Shown: in pieces, positions 46,645 to 56,748 of the stretch | How positions within the stretch are numbered: the stretch's first letter is position 1 | Layout of the letters: the number at the start of each line of letters is the position of its first letter | From: Hyphomicrobium sp. | Lineage (GTDB): Bacteria > Pseudomonadota > Alphaproteobacteria > Rhizobiales > Hyphomicrobiaceae | Reading direction: 5' to 3' | Assembly: GCA_036823975.1 (NCBI GenBank) | Contig: DAITBB010000008.1 | Location: forward strand, 1,084-65,083 | Length of the DNA: 64,000 nucleotides | Made by a program: the position numbers and the translations under genes | Notes under the pieces: generated by a model | Told to the model about the DNA's origin: nothing | Databases searched by the model: none | What the model saw: the letters and a program-made list of their open reading frames with translations, nothing else

Positions 46645-49476
46645 ATGCTCGAAAAGACGTATCAGCCCGCTGCCATCGAGCCGCGCATCGACGAGGCATG
46701 GACCAAGGCCGAGGCTTTTCGCGGTGGACGGGAGGACCGCGCGGACCGCGAGGCCTATTCCATCGTCATCCCGCCGCCGAACGTCACCGGCTCCCTGCAC
46801 ATGGGGCATGCGCTCAACAACACGCTGCAGGACGTGCTCGTGCGCTTCGAGCGCATGCGCGGCAAGGACGTGCTGTGGCAGCCGGGCACGGATCACGCCG
46901 GCATCGCGACGCAGATGGTGGTCGAGCGCCAGCTCATGGAGCGCCAGCAGCCCTCGCGGCGCGACCTCGGCCGCGAGGAGTTCGTGCGCCGGGTGTGGAC
47001 GTGGAAGGAGGAAAGCGGCTCCACCATCGTCAACCAGTTGAAGCGCCTCGGCGCCTCCTGCGACTGGTCGCGCGAGCGCTTCACCATGGACGAGGGCCTT
47101 TCGCGGGCCGTCATCAAGGTTTTCGTGGAGCTCTACCGCAAGGGGCTCATCTACAAGGATAAGCGGCTCGTCAACTGGGACCCGAAATTCCAGACGGCGA
47201 TCTCGGATCTCGAGGTCGTGCAGGTCGAGAAGAAGGGGTCGTTCGTCTGGGCCCTGCCGGAGGCGGGCGAGCAACAGGACGGAGATCCCGAGAAGCCCTT
47301 CGATGCGGAGGCGCTGGCGAAGGTCCTGAAGAAGGATCCTTCAGGCCATATGTACCACTTCCGCTATCCGCTGGCGGACGGGGCCACCTATCAGCACCCG
47401 ACCGCGTTCGACGGGGAGGGAAAGGCGACCGCCTTCGAGACGCGCGACTATATCGTCGTTGCGACGACGCGCCCGGAGACGATGCTCGGCGACAGCGGCG
47501 TGGCCGTGCATCCCGACGATGCCCGCTACGCGGCGTTGGTCGCAGCCGGTGCCAAGGTCGTGCTGCCGCTGGTCGGCCGCAAGATTCCGATCGTCGCGGA
47601 CGAATACTCCGATCCCGAGAAGGGCACGGGCGCGGTGAAGATCACGCCGGCGCACGACTTCAACGACTTCGAGGTCGGCAAGCGGCACGACCTCGCCCGC
47701 ATCAACGTGCTCGATGCCTACGGGCGTCTGACGGACGACGTGCCGGATGCCTATCGCGGGCTCGACCGCTTCGAGGCGAGGAAGCGTGTCGTGGCGGACA
47801 TTGCCGCGCTGGGCCTGCTCGCGAAGATCGAGCCGACCACGCACACGGTGCCGCATGGCGACCGCTCGAACGACGTCATCGAGCCGTGGCTGACCGACCA
47901 GTGGTACGTGAACGCGGAGGAGCTTGCGAAGCCCGCCATCGCGGCGGTCGAGAGCGGACGCACGAAGTTCGTGCCGCAGAACTGGGAGAAGACCTACTTC
48001 GAGTGGATGCGCAACATTCAGCCCTGGTGCATCTCGCGCCAGCTCTGGTGGGGCCATCAGATCCCGGCCTGGTACGGCCCTGACGGCGAAGTCTTCGTCG
48101 GCCCGGACGAGGCGGACGCCAAGGCGCAAGCCCTGAAGCGCTACGGCAAGGACGTCGCCCTTGTGCGCGACGAGGACGTGCTCGACACGTGGTTCTCCTC
48201 CGCGCTGTGGCCGTTCTCGACGCTCGGATGGCCGGACGAGACGGCCGAGCTTAAGCGCTACTATCCGACGAGCGCGCTCGTCACCGGCTTCGACATCATC
48301 TTCTTCTGGGTCGCCCGCATGATGATGATGGGCCTCCACTTCATGGAGGAGATCCCGTTCCACGACGTCTACATCCATGCCCTCGTCCGCGACGAGAAGG
48401 GGCAGAAGATGTCGAAGTCGAAAGGCAACGTCATCGACCCCCTGGCGCTGATCGACAAGTACGGCGCGGATGCGCTGCGCTTCACGCTCGCCGCCATGGC
48501 GGCGCAGGGCCGCGACATCAAGCTCGCGCCCGCCCGCGTCGAAGGCTATCGCAACTTCGCGACCAAGCTCTGGAACGCGGCGCGCTTCGGCGAGATGAAC
48601 GAGTGCGTGCGCCAGCTCGATTTCGATCCGTCGACCGTCACGCACACGCTGAACCGCTGGATCGTCGGCGAGACGGAGCGGGCGGCGGAGGCCGTCACGG
48701 CGGGGCTCGAAGCCTACAAATTCAACGAGGCGGCCGGCGCCATCTACGAGTTCGTCTGGGGCGTGACGTGCGACTGGTACCTCGAGCTGATCAAGCCGAT
48801 CCTGGCGGGCGACGACGAGGCGGCGAAGGCCGAGACGCGGGCCTGCGTCGCCTGGGTGCTCGATCAGTGCCTGAAGCTGCTGCATCCGTTCATGCCCTTC
48901 ATCACCGAGGAGCTGTGGGCGCATATGGTCGAGCACGGCGAGCGGCGCCTCTCGCTGCTCTGCCTGGCCGAGTGGCCGCGCCTCTCCGGTCTCGCCAACG
49001 CGGAGGCCGATGCCGAGATCGGCTGGATCGTGAAGCTCGTGTCGGAGGTGCGCTCGGCGCGTATGGAGATGAATATCGCGGGCGGCGCCAAGATCCCGCT
49101 CGTGATCTCCGGCGCGAGCGCTGAGACCATCGCGCGCGGCCAGCGCCACGACGAGACGATCTGCCGTCTCGCGCGGCTCGACAGCATCACTTTCGCCGAG
49201 ACGGCCCCCAAGGGCGCGGCCCTGATCGTGATTGGGGAGGCGACGGTCGCATTGCTGCTCGAGGGCGTGATCGACATGAACGCCGAGCGCAAGCGCCTCG
49301 AGAAGGAGATCGAGAAGGCCGAGGGTGACCGCAACAAGGCGGCGACCTGGCTCGCCAACGCCGCCAACGTCGCCAAGTCGCCGGAGCACGTCGTGGAGCT
49401 CAACCGCGAGCGGGTGGCGGATGCCGCGGATCGCATTGTGCGCCTGACGGCGGCGCTGAAGCGCATCGAGGGCTGA
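46645..49476 (+). CDS. valS: valine--tRNA ligase
   Basis: PPPNVTGSLHMGHAL, TTRPETMLGD, WCISRQLWWGH, KMSKS, C-terminal coiled coil. Confidence 0.97.
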   Translation: MLEKTYQPAAIEPRIDEAWTKAEAFRGGREDRADREAYSIVIPPPNVTGSLHMGHALNNTLQDVLVRFERMRGKDVLWQPGTDHAGIATQMVVERQLMERQQPSRRDLGREEFVRRVWTWKEESGSTIVNQLKRLGASCDWSRERFTMDEGLSRAVIKVFVELYRKGLIYKDKRLVNWDPKFQTAISDLEVVQVEKKGSFVWALPEAGEQQDGDPEKPFDAEALAKVLKKDPSGHMYHFRYPLADGATYQHPTAFDGEGKATAFETRDYIVVATTRPETMLGDSGVAVHPDDARYAALVAAGAKVVLPLVGRKIPIVADEYSDPEKGTGAVKITPAHDFNDFEVGKRHDLARINVLDAYGRLTDDVPDAYRGLDRFEARKRVVADIAALGLLAKIEPTTHTVPHGDRSNDVIEPWLTDQWYVNAEELAKPAIAAVESGRTKFVPQNWEKTYFEWMRNIQPWCISRQLWWGHQIPAWYGPDGEVFVGPDEADAKAQALKRYGKDVALVRDEDVLDTWFSSALWPFSTLGWPDETAELKRYYPTSALVTGFDIIFFWVARMMMMGLHFMEEIPFHDVYIHALVRDEKGQKMSKSKGNVIDPLALIDKYGADALRFTLAAMAAQGRDIKLAPARVEGYRNFATKLWNAARFGEMNECVRQLDFDPSTVTHTLNRWIVGETERAAEAVTAGLEAYKFNEAAGAIYEFVWGVTCDWYLELIKPILAGDDEAAKAETRACVAWVLDQCLKLLHPFMPFITEELWAHMVEHGERRLSLLCLAEWPRLSGLANAEADAEIGWIVKLVSEVRSARMEMNIAGGAKIPLVISGASAETIARGQRHDETICRLARLDSITFAETAPKGAALIVIGEATVALLLEGVIDMNAERKRLEKEIEKAEGDRNKAATWLANAANVAKSPEHVVELNRERVADAADRIVRLTAALKRIEG

Positions 49477-49518
49477 GCCGGTCCCGGTACCCGTCTTCGG
49501 CGTGGGATGCGGCGGGGC

Positions 49519-50106
49519 TCAGACCCCGCCCGTGTCGGGCGCGACCGTACGCAGGCGCAGCTCGGTGAGCTTCCAGGACATGCCGCGGAGCTTCAGGAGC
49601 CCCACGTAGTGGCGCGTGGGATCATTGCGGTCGGCGATCTCGATCTCGAACTCGGTCAGGCTGTGGAACTCGGCGCGCTTGAGGCGGCTCCAGAAGCCGT
49701 GCGCGCGCTCGTACCAGGAGGCCGCGGCCGGGCCCGGCTCGCCCGGCACGGTGTTGCGGTAGAGCTGGCGCAGGCCGAAGAGCTGGGGCAGGCCTTCCGG
49801 CGTCACGTAGCTCTCGACGAGGTTGTCGACGGCCCGGCGGCTGAGGCCGGCCTTCAGGCGTTGCCAGAGGGTCGGCGTCGCGGCGGGCTGGCCCGGGAGC
49901 GCGACGACCGTCGGCCCGATCGCGTAATCGGTGAGCGAGGCTCGGAGCGAAGCGCGGACGGTCGGCCATTCGAGCGTCTCGGCGAGGAAAGCCGAATCGC
50001 CGCTGCGAATGGCCTCCCGCACGCCCCAGACCGTGACGAGCGGGGAGGCGATGTAGGCGGCGGTCAGCGCAAGCAGGGCAAACGCCGAAACGAAAATGCG
50101 TCTCAT
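49519..50106 (-). CDS. DUF2939-like protein
   Basis: AYIASPLVTVWGVREAIRSGD...EWPTVRASLR...YVTPEGL...WKLTELRL pattern. Confidence 0.7.
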   Translation of the reverse strand: MRRIFVSAFALLALTAAYIASPLVTVWGVREAIRSGDSAFLAETLEWPTVRASLRASLTDYAIGPTVVALPGQPAATPTLWQRLKAGLSRRAVDNLVESYVTPEGLPQLFGLRQLYRNTVPGEPGPAAASWYERAHGFWSRLKRAEFHSLTEFEIEIADRNDPTRHYVGLLKLRGMSWKLTELRLRTVAPDTGGV

Positions 50107-50722
50107 CGAATCGATCTCATCCGCCCGCCTCGGGCACGCACCGCCCTTAAACACCAAAATTCTGGCTCCCTTCGGGCAGGCGAACGCCGTTCGGGCAGGC
50201 ATGGGTCATTTCGGTGCAAGGAGCCCGGAGGCTCTGCGTCTCAAGCAAGATCCGCTCCGGATGACGCCGTCGTCTCCGCCTTTCGTCTGGCAGGGTTGGC
50301 GAAACCTTGACGGATGTTCCGTCCTCGGTCGCCAAGAGGCCCCAGTCGGAACAACGTACGGCCGGGATTGCCGGCTAGTCTCCTCAGGGTGGGATCGGAG
50401 GAGGCTGTTAACTGTGATTGCAATGACACGCTCCGCAAAATGTCCGGAAATCCGGCATCCTCGTCGCTGGATGTTGCCGCGAGGCCACGAGATCCGGAGC
50501 ATATGCCTCGTTTGAGCCACAAATAAGCGCAACGACAAAGAGGCGGGAACGGAAGCTGCGGGGGCTTCAGGTTCAGACCACCGGCCGGGTGTCCTTCGAG
50601 GACGAGGCCCGAGCCAGGAGCCAACGCGGAGAGACAGCAAGACATCCCCCGCTCTCGGCTGGCAGCACGGCCTTTGCAGGCTGGCGTCCGTCGGAAGACG
50701 TCGTAGAGCGATTGGACGGATA

Positions 50723-52447
50723 ATGGACGCGAAGACGTTCGATAAATCAAAGCTGCCGAGCCGGCACGTGACGGAAGGCCCGTCGCGCGCGCCGCATCGG
50801 TCCTACTATTACGCCATGGGCCTCACCGAGGAGGAGATCCGCCGGCCGTTCGTCGGCGTGGTGTCGTGCTGGAACGAGGCTGCCCCCTGCAACATCGCTC
50901 TGCAACGTCAGGCGCAATCGGCGAAGGCCGGCGTCAAGGAAGGCGGCGGCACGCCGCGCGAGTTCTGCACCATCACCGTCACCGACGGCATCGCCATGGG
51001 CCACCAGGGCATGAAGTCGTCGCTCGTCTCGCGCGAGGTGATCGCCGATTCGATCGAGCTCACCATGCGCGGCCACTGCTACGACGCCCTCGTCGGCATC
51101 GCGGGCTGCGACAAGAGCCTGCCCGGCACCATGATGGCCATGCTGCGCCTCAACGTGCCGTCCGTCTTCATGTACGGCGGCTCGATCCTGCCCGGCAAGT
51201 TCCGCGGCAAGGACGTCACCGTGCAGGACGTGTTCGAAGGCGTGGGCAAGCATTCGGTCGGCGACCTGTCGGACGAGGATCTGCATGAGCTCGAGTGCGT
51301 GGCGTGCCCGAGCGCGGGCGCGTGCGGCGCGCAGTTCACCGCGAACACCATGGCGTGCGTGTCCGAAGCCATTGGCCTTGCGCTGCCCGGATCGGCCGGC
51401 ACGCCGGCGCCTTACGAGAGCCGTGACGCCTATGCCCGCGCCAGCGGCGAAGCCGTCATGAAGCTCATCGCGCTCGGCCTCCGCCCGCGCGATATCTGCA
51501 CGCGGAAGGCGTTCGAGAACGCCGCGATCGTCGTGGCCGCCACGGGCGGCTCCACCAACGGCGCGCTGCATCTCCCTGCCATGGCGCACGAGTGCGGCAT
51601 CGATTTCGATCTGTTCGACGTGGCCGAGATCTTCAAGAAGACGCCCTACATCGCCGACCTCAAACCCGGCGGAAAATATGTGGCGTCCGACGTGCACGAG
51701 ATCGGCGGCGTCCCGCAGATCCTGAAGGCGCTGCTCGAAGGCGGCATCCTGCACGGCGACTGTCTGACCGTTACCGGCAAGACGATGGCCGAGAACCTGG
51801 CCTCCGTGACCTTCAACACGGACCAGAAGGTGGTCTATCCGGTGTCCAATCCGATCAGCTCCACGGGCGGCGTGGTCGGCCTCAAGGGCACGCTCGCGCC
51901 CGACGGCGCGATCGTGAAGGTCGCCGGCCTTCAGACGCTCAAGTTCCGCGGTCCGGCCCGTTGCTTCGACTGCGAGGAGGACGCGTTCGCGGCCGTCGAG
52001 CGGCGCGCCTACAAGGAAGGCGAGGTGCTGGTGATCCGCTACGAGGGCCCCAAGGGCGGCCCCGGCATGCGCGAGATGCTGGCGACGACGGCCGCGCTCT
52101 ACGGTCAGGGTGCGGGCGACAAGGTCGCGCTCATCACCGACGGGCGCTTCTCGGGTGCGACGCGCGGGTTCTGCGTCGGCCACGTGGGACCGGAAGCCGC
52201 CGTGGGCGGGCCCATCGGGCGCGTCCAGGACGGGGACATCATCGCGATGGATGCTGTGACCGGCACGCTCGACATCGAGGTCGAGCCGGCCGAGCTCGAG
52301 CGCCGTCGCAAAAGCTGGAAAGCGCCGCCGAATGCGTACCAGAGCGGGGCCATCAGAAAATTTGCGGATCAGGTGGGCCCGGCCCGTTACGGGGCCGTCA
52401 CCCACGCTGGCGGGAAGGCGGAAATTGTTTGCTATGCGGACATCTAG
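50723..52447 (+). CDS. ilvD: dihydroxy-acid dehydratase
   Basis: [67 protein letters not shown]. Confidence 0.97.
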   Translation: MDAKTFDKSKLPSRHVTEGPSRAPHRSYYYAMGLTEEEIRRPFVGVVSCWNEAAPCNIALQRQAQSAKAGVKEGGGTPREFCTITVTDGIAMGHQGMKSSLVSREVIADSIELTMRGHCYDALVGIAGCDKSLPGTMMAMLRLNVPSVFMYGGSILPGKFRGKDVTVQDVFEGVGKHSVGDLSDEDLHELECVACPSAGACGAQFTANTMACVSEAIGLALPGSAGTPAPYESRDAYARASGEAVMKLIALGLRPRDICTRKAFENAAIVVAATGGSTNGALHLPAMAHECGIDFDLFDVAEIFKKTPYIADLKPGGKYVASDVHEIGGVPQILKALLEGGILHGDCLTVTGKTMAENLASVTFNTDQKVVYPVSNPISSTGGVVGLKGTLAPDGAIVKVAGLQTLKFRGPARCFDCEEDAFAAVERRAYKEGEVLVIRYEGPKGGPGMREMLATTAALYGQGAGDKVALITDGRFSGATRGFCVGHVGPEAAVGGPIGRVQDGDIIAMDAVTGTLDIEVEPAELERRRKSWKAPPNAYQSGAIRKFADQVGPARYGAVTHAGGKAEIVCYADI

Positions 52448-53456
52448 GCTGGTTCTCGGATTGACCGTGGCGCTGCTGCTGCCGGCGGTGGCGCTTGCGC
52501 AGACGACATCCTTCAGCTCGCCGCGGGAGGCGTTGCGACAAGGCGTGAGCGCCTTCCAGGGCGGCTATTACGAGATCGCCATGCCGGCACTCGCCTATGC
52601 GGCGGGCGGCGGCGAGTACATGGCGAACTACTATCTGGCCAGGATCTACCAGGACAACGCCAGCGCCTATACCAACCACGCCAAGGCGTATGCGCTCTTC
52701 GAGAAGATCGCGGACGAGCACCTCGACGTCGATCCCGACGATCCGCGCGCGATGTACGTCGGCAAGGCGCTGACGGCGCTCGCGGGCTACCTCCTGCGCG
52801 GACTGCCGGAGATCGGCCTCGATCCGGATCCGGAGCGCGCGGTGTTCTACCTCAAGAACGCCTCCACGACCTTCAACGACGAGGATGCGCAGTTCGAGCT
52901 GGCCAAGCTGCAGCTCAAGGGCGAGGGCGTCGAGACCAACGTTCCGCTCGGACGGCACTGGCTGTCGGTGCTGAGCCGCAACGGCCATGCCGGCGCGCAG
53001 GCCTTCTTCGCAGATCTGCTCTGGCGCGGCATGCATGTCGAGGCCGATCCTGCGCAGGCGCTGGCGCTGATCTCGGTCGCCGTCGAGAACGCCGCGCCGC
53101 AGGACGCGATGTGGATCGAGGAGATCTATCAGAACATCTTCTGCGGCTCGGCCGACGGTACGCGCAAGCAGGCGACGGGCATTGTCGCCCAGTGGGGCAA
53201 CCGGTTCGGGCGGCCGCCGGCGAGCAACGTGCGCGACCACAGCGGTCTGCCCAAGCTCGCTTCGGGCCCGGTGCGCACGTGCAAGAACGGCGAGCGGGTG
53301 AACGCGCTTTCGGCGACGGTGAGCACGGCCGCGGCGAGATCCCGTCTTCCGGCGCCGGAGACGCAGCGCAGCTTCAATTACGGTTCGTCGACCGGCACGC
53401 CGGCGCTGCGCGACGTCAACGCACCCGGGCCTCAGCCGGGGGCGGGCTCACGCTGA
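52434..53456 (+). CDS. Sel1-repeat periplasmic protein, ExoR-like
   Basis: Signal peptide; [19 protein letters not shown]...WL....NGHAGAQA Sel1-like repeats; overlaps the ilvD stop. Confidence 0.75.
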   Translation: MRTSRLVLGLTVALLLPAVALAQTTSFSSPREALRQGVSAFQGGYYEIAMPALAYAAGGGEYMANYYLARIYQDNASAYTNHAKAYALFEKIADEHLDVDPDDPRAMYVGKALTALAGYLLRGLPEIGLDPDPERAVFYLKNASTTFNDEDAQFELAKLQLKGEGVETNVPLGRHWLSVLSRNGHAGAQAFFADLLWRGMHVEADPAQALALISVAVENAAPQDAMWIEEIYQNIFCGSADGTRKQATGIVAQWGNRFGRPPASNVRDHSGLPKLASGPVRTCKNGERVNALSATVSTAAARSRLPAPETQRSFNYGSSTGTPALRDVNAPGPQPGAGSR

Positions 53457-53671
53457 GCGCGGCTGAGCTGGCACGTTGGTTGGCCGGTTTCGGTCGCGGG
53501 CTGGAACCCGGCGCACGATCTCCAGCCTGTCGCCGTGGGCGCGAGAGCAGCAGATCGGCATTGATTGGCTGGGCAAGGCGAGAGCGGGCCCGCTCCGCCA
53601 CGCAGCGACCTCTCTCGCTGGATGCAGAGCCCCAGTGAGATCGCCGGCGAGCGCAGGGCAGGATGCACGCC

Positions 53672-53785
53672 AGAGCGCGATCACTCTTCGGCTTTTGAGC
53701 GTGAACGCGCTCCAAGTCGTTGTTTGAGAGTCTGAGCGCGTCCTCGATGCGAGCGATTGCTCGCATCTCAAACGATCAGGCCTCT
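53672..53785. repeat. short palindromic intergenic element
   Basis: GAGCGCG...CGCGCTC stem (53673-53712) and perfect GATGCGAGC-GATT-GCTCGCATC hairpin (53746-53767). Confidence 0.45.
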
Positions 53786-53849
53786 ACGCCTCGGGCAGGG
53801 CCCGTAAAAGCCGAAAGATCAGCTTGCGATCGGCGCAGCAGGGGCGCTC

Positions 53850-54941
53850 TCACTCGCCGAAGACGGCGACGCGGTTGCGGCCGGCGCCCTTGGCCTCGTA
53901 GAGCTTCGAATCGGCACGCTGCACCAGAGCGTCGACTGTATCGCCGGCGCGATACTGCGCCACGCCGAACGACGCCGTGAGCTGCCCGACCTTCTGGTTC
54001 GTCTCACGCACTGTGAGCTTCTTGCTTTCGAACTGACGGCGGATGCGCTCGGCCACGCCTTTCGCGGCCGCCTGATCCGCCAACGGCAGCACGACGGCAA
54101 ACTCCTCGCCGCCGTAACGGATGACGGTATCGCCCTCCCGCATGGCCGAGGAAATGACGCGCGAGAACATCTTGATGATCTCGTCGCCCACCTGATGCCC
54201 GAAAGCATCGTTCACGCGCTTGAAGTGGTCGATATCGCAAATGACGAGCGAGAGCGGCGTCTTCTTCTCGACGCAGTCGTCGATGGCCTTGCGCATCGTC
54301 AGGTCGAACGCGCGCCGATTGCCGACGCCGGTGAGAGGATCCTGCAGAACGTGCTCGCGCGCCTCCCTCAGGCTCGTGCGCAGGTCCTCGACCTGCTTGC
54401 GGGCCTCTTCGAGGTTGGCGACGAGGTGATTGCTGTCCCGCCGCATACGCTCGTTCTCGGCCACCAGCAGGCTCACGATGACACGGACCTGCTCGGCCTC
54501 GTTCAAGCCCGAGAGGCGCGTCTGCGCATTGGCGAGCGACTTGGCATAGCTCTCCTTGGTGGCGATATGGGCGCGGATCAGCTCCAGCACCTTCGACAGC
54601 TCGCGATCGAGCTTGCCCCCGGCCCTCGTCACGTTGTCGTCGGGGGTGGCTGCGGCGGCCGTGGATGCCGCACCCGAGAGGCGGGGCAGGATCCAGAAGA
54701 CGAGCCCGGCGAGGGCCGCGATGACGGCAAGTGCGATCGCCGCCATGCCCAGGATCGCGAGCGGATTGTAGGTGGTGTAGATCACCGACCCGCCTTCGCC
54801 GATCGTGGCGGTCTGCACCGTGCGGAATGCCGTGGAATCGAGATCGGATGTGCCGATCAGCACGCCGATGAGCGTACATACGGCAGCGCCCCCGGTGAGG
54901 AGCAGCGCCCGCTGTGCAGAGGTGAGATTGAATGACGTCAT
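53850..54941 (-). CDS. membrane-bound diguanylate cyclase (GGDEF)
   Basis: Two TM segments, coiled coil, DPLTGVGNRR, DIDHFKRVND, RxxD (REGD) I-site, RYGGEEF. Confidence 0.92.
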   Translation of the reverse strand: MTSFNLTSAQRALLLTGGAAVCTLIGVLIGTSDLDSTAFRTVQTATIGEGGSVIYTTYNPLAILGMAAIALAVIAALAGLVFWILPRLSGAASTAAAATPDDNVTRAGGKLDRELSKVLELIRAHIATKESYAKSLANAQTRLSGLNEAEQVRVIVSLLVAENERMRRDSNHLVANLEEARKQVEDLRTSLREAREHVLQDPLTGVGNRRAFDLTMRKAIDDCVEKKTPLSLVICDIDHFKRVNDAFGHQVGDEIIKMFSRVISSAMREGDTVIRYGGEEFAVVLPLADQAAAKGVAERIRRQFESKKLTVRETNQKVGQLTASFGVAQYRAGDTVDALVQRADSKLYEAKGAGRNRVAVFGE

Positions 54942-55329
54942 AGGGCCTTTGATCGCAAGCAGATCGACTCGCACGATCGCACGGGTCTCGAGCATAGCTT
55001 TCGGGACGGACACGGCGGAACGTGGACCTTAGGAGAACCCTTGCGTCCACTCACTGTCCGCATGCAGAATTCTGGGCGCGCCAGTCCTGCCCCGGACGAT
55101 AGTCACGTAACAAACTAATTGATTCTAGAACCCAGCGGGGCGAAATCGCGGGCGGGAAGACGAGAACCGAGCGCCGGCGCGTCTCGAAAAATCGCTGTCC
55201 AGAACGTTTACCTTTCGCGCGCGGTATTTAAGTAGCAAAGGGCTTGCTGGGTTCCGCCAGGTGGCCTTCGACGCACCTTGCCGAAGAGCCGGCGAACGGC
55301 CGCACCGGGCTTAGAATTATCTCTTGGAA

Positions 55330-56355
55330 TCATAGCCCGAGGAGCCGGTCGGGCATATGCACCTCGTGGGCCGGCTTGTCCTCGCGCAGCCCCTTGAAGG
55401 CGGCATGGCGCAATCGGCGGTCGGTCGTCACGGCGCGATAGGCGATCTGGGCCACCTGTTCGGGCGTGAGCCATACAACACCGCGCCGCTGCAATGCGGT
55501 GAGCCGGCCGGCGAACGGGGGGCGGCTCTGGGCCAGAGGGTGAAGCTGGGCGAAGAGATGCCGGGCGGATTGGTGCGTAAAGCCCGTTCCGACGCGCCCG
55601 ACATAAACCAGGCGTCCCGCGTCGTCATAGGCCCCGAGGGCGAGCGCGCCGATGGCCTGCGGATCGACGGTCGAGACGACATAGCCGCCGATGACGAATT
55701 CGTCGGTATGGCTGCATTTGGATTTCAGCCAGTCGCCGCGCCGCCCGGAGCGGTACGGCAGATCGCTGCGCTTCGAAACGAGCCCTTCGAGGCCGAGCCG
55801 GCAGGCCTCCGCGAGGAGGGCCGCGCCGTCGCGCACGAAATGCTGGCTGTAGCGCAGGCGCGTCGAGCGCGTGCGCTGCATGAGAACTTCGAGCAGCCCC
55901 TTGCGGCCTTCCAGTGGCTCCCTCGTGAGATCGACGCCGTTGAGGAACAGGAGGTCGAAGGCGATGTAGGCGAGGGTGTCGGAGCGGCCCTGCTCGAGCG
56001 CGCTGACGAGATCGGCAAAGCTCGTCACGCCATCCTTGCGCTCGGCCACCACCTCGCCGTCGATGAGGGCCGAGCGGACCTTGAGCCGCGCGAGCGCCTT
56101 GGCGACGGCTGAGAAGCGATGCGTCCAGTCGAGGCCCGTGCGCGTCAGGAGCGTGACCGACCCGTCCACGATCCGCGCCTCGATGCGATAGCCGTCATAT
56201 TTGATCTCGTGCACCCATCCCGCGCCGGAGGGGGGAGTCTCGGCGGGCGTGGCGAGGCACGGCGGAACGAACTGAGGGCAGGCACTGCTGGCATCGGACG
56301 CGCGGGAGGCGTGGCGCCGTGCGGTCTGCGTCGGGCTGTCGGCGGCTTTTTTCAT
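55330..56355 (-). CDS. stand-alone ATP-dependent DNA ligase (LigD ligase-domain type)
   Basis: WVHEIKYDGYR (KxDG), IDGEVV, AFDLLFLNG, LEGLVSKR, WLKSKC, YVGRVGTGF, LRHAAFKGLREDK. Confidence 0.9.
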   Translation of the reverse strand: MKKAADSPTQTARRHASRASDASSACPQFVPPCLATPAETPPSGAGWVHEIKYDGYRIEARIVDGSVTLLTRTGLDWTHRFSAVAKALARLKVRSALIDGEVVAERKDGVTSFADLVSALEQGRSDTLAYIAFDLLFLNGVDLTREPLEGRKGLLEVLMQRTRSTRLRYSQHFVRDGAALLAEACRLGLEGLVSKRSDLPYRSGRRGDWLKSKCSHTDEFVIGGYVVSTVDPQAIGALALGAYDDAGRLVYVGRVGTGFTHQSARHLFAQLHPLAQSRPPFAGRLTALQRRGVVWLTPEQVAQIAYRAVTTDRRLRHAAFKGLREDKPAHEVHMPDRLLGL

Positions 56356-56374
56356 TGCGACCGCCGGCCCTGAA

Positions 56375-56400
56375 GGAACTGCGGCGCCCCGACGAGCATT
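56375..56400 (+). promoter_or_regulatory. sigma-EcfG-type (general stress) promoter
   Basis: GGAAC-N17-CATT upstream of 56458. Confidence 0.5.
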
Positions 56401-56457
56401 CGCGTAAGAGCGGCGCGGCCGAGATCGTGGCCCGCGCGCCCAGATCCGGAGAACCCC

Positions 56458-56730
56458 ATGGTCAGCACCGCGCTCGTCACGTTCATCCTTCTCGTCATTA
56501 TCGGCATCGTCGTCGGCCTTGCGTCCAATCGCTACGGCCGGAGTTGGTTCGGCCGCCAGGTCGCGGGGGCAACGGGTGCGGGCGACGTCACCGCGAGCCT
56601 GGTCGGGATCTCCGGCTCGTTCATGGGGTTCCACATCGGGGTGATCCTCGGAATTCTGCCGTCCGTGCTGCTCTATGTCGTGGCCATACTCGGCGCGGCG
56701 CTGACGCTCTGGCTGTGGCGTGGCCGCTGA
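56458..56730 (+). CDS. small stress-response membrane protein (GlsB/YeaQ/YmgE-like)
   Basis: 90 aa, three hydrophobic segments, IIGIVVG...LVGISGSFMG...AILGA pattern; RBS GGAG. Confidence 0.75.
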   Translation: MVSTALVTFILLVIIGIVVGLASNRYGRSWFGRQVAGATGAGDVTASLVGISGSFMGFHIGVILGILPSVLLYVVAILGAALTLWLWRGR

Positions 56731-56748
56731 GACCGACGCGAGCGGGCT

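Noticed and set aside
50206..50720. 6S RNA, RNase P RNA or a known riboswitch in the ilvD upstream gap
   Set aside because: Hallmark sequences (e.g. GAGGAAAGTCC of RNase P) not found; kept only as unnamed candidates
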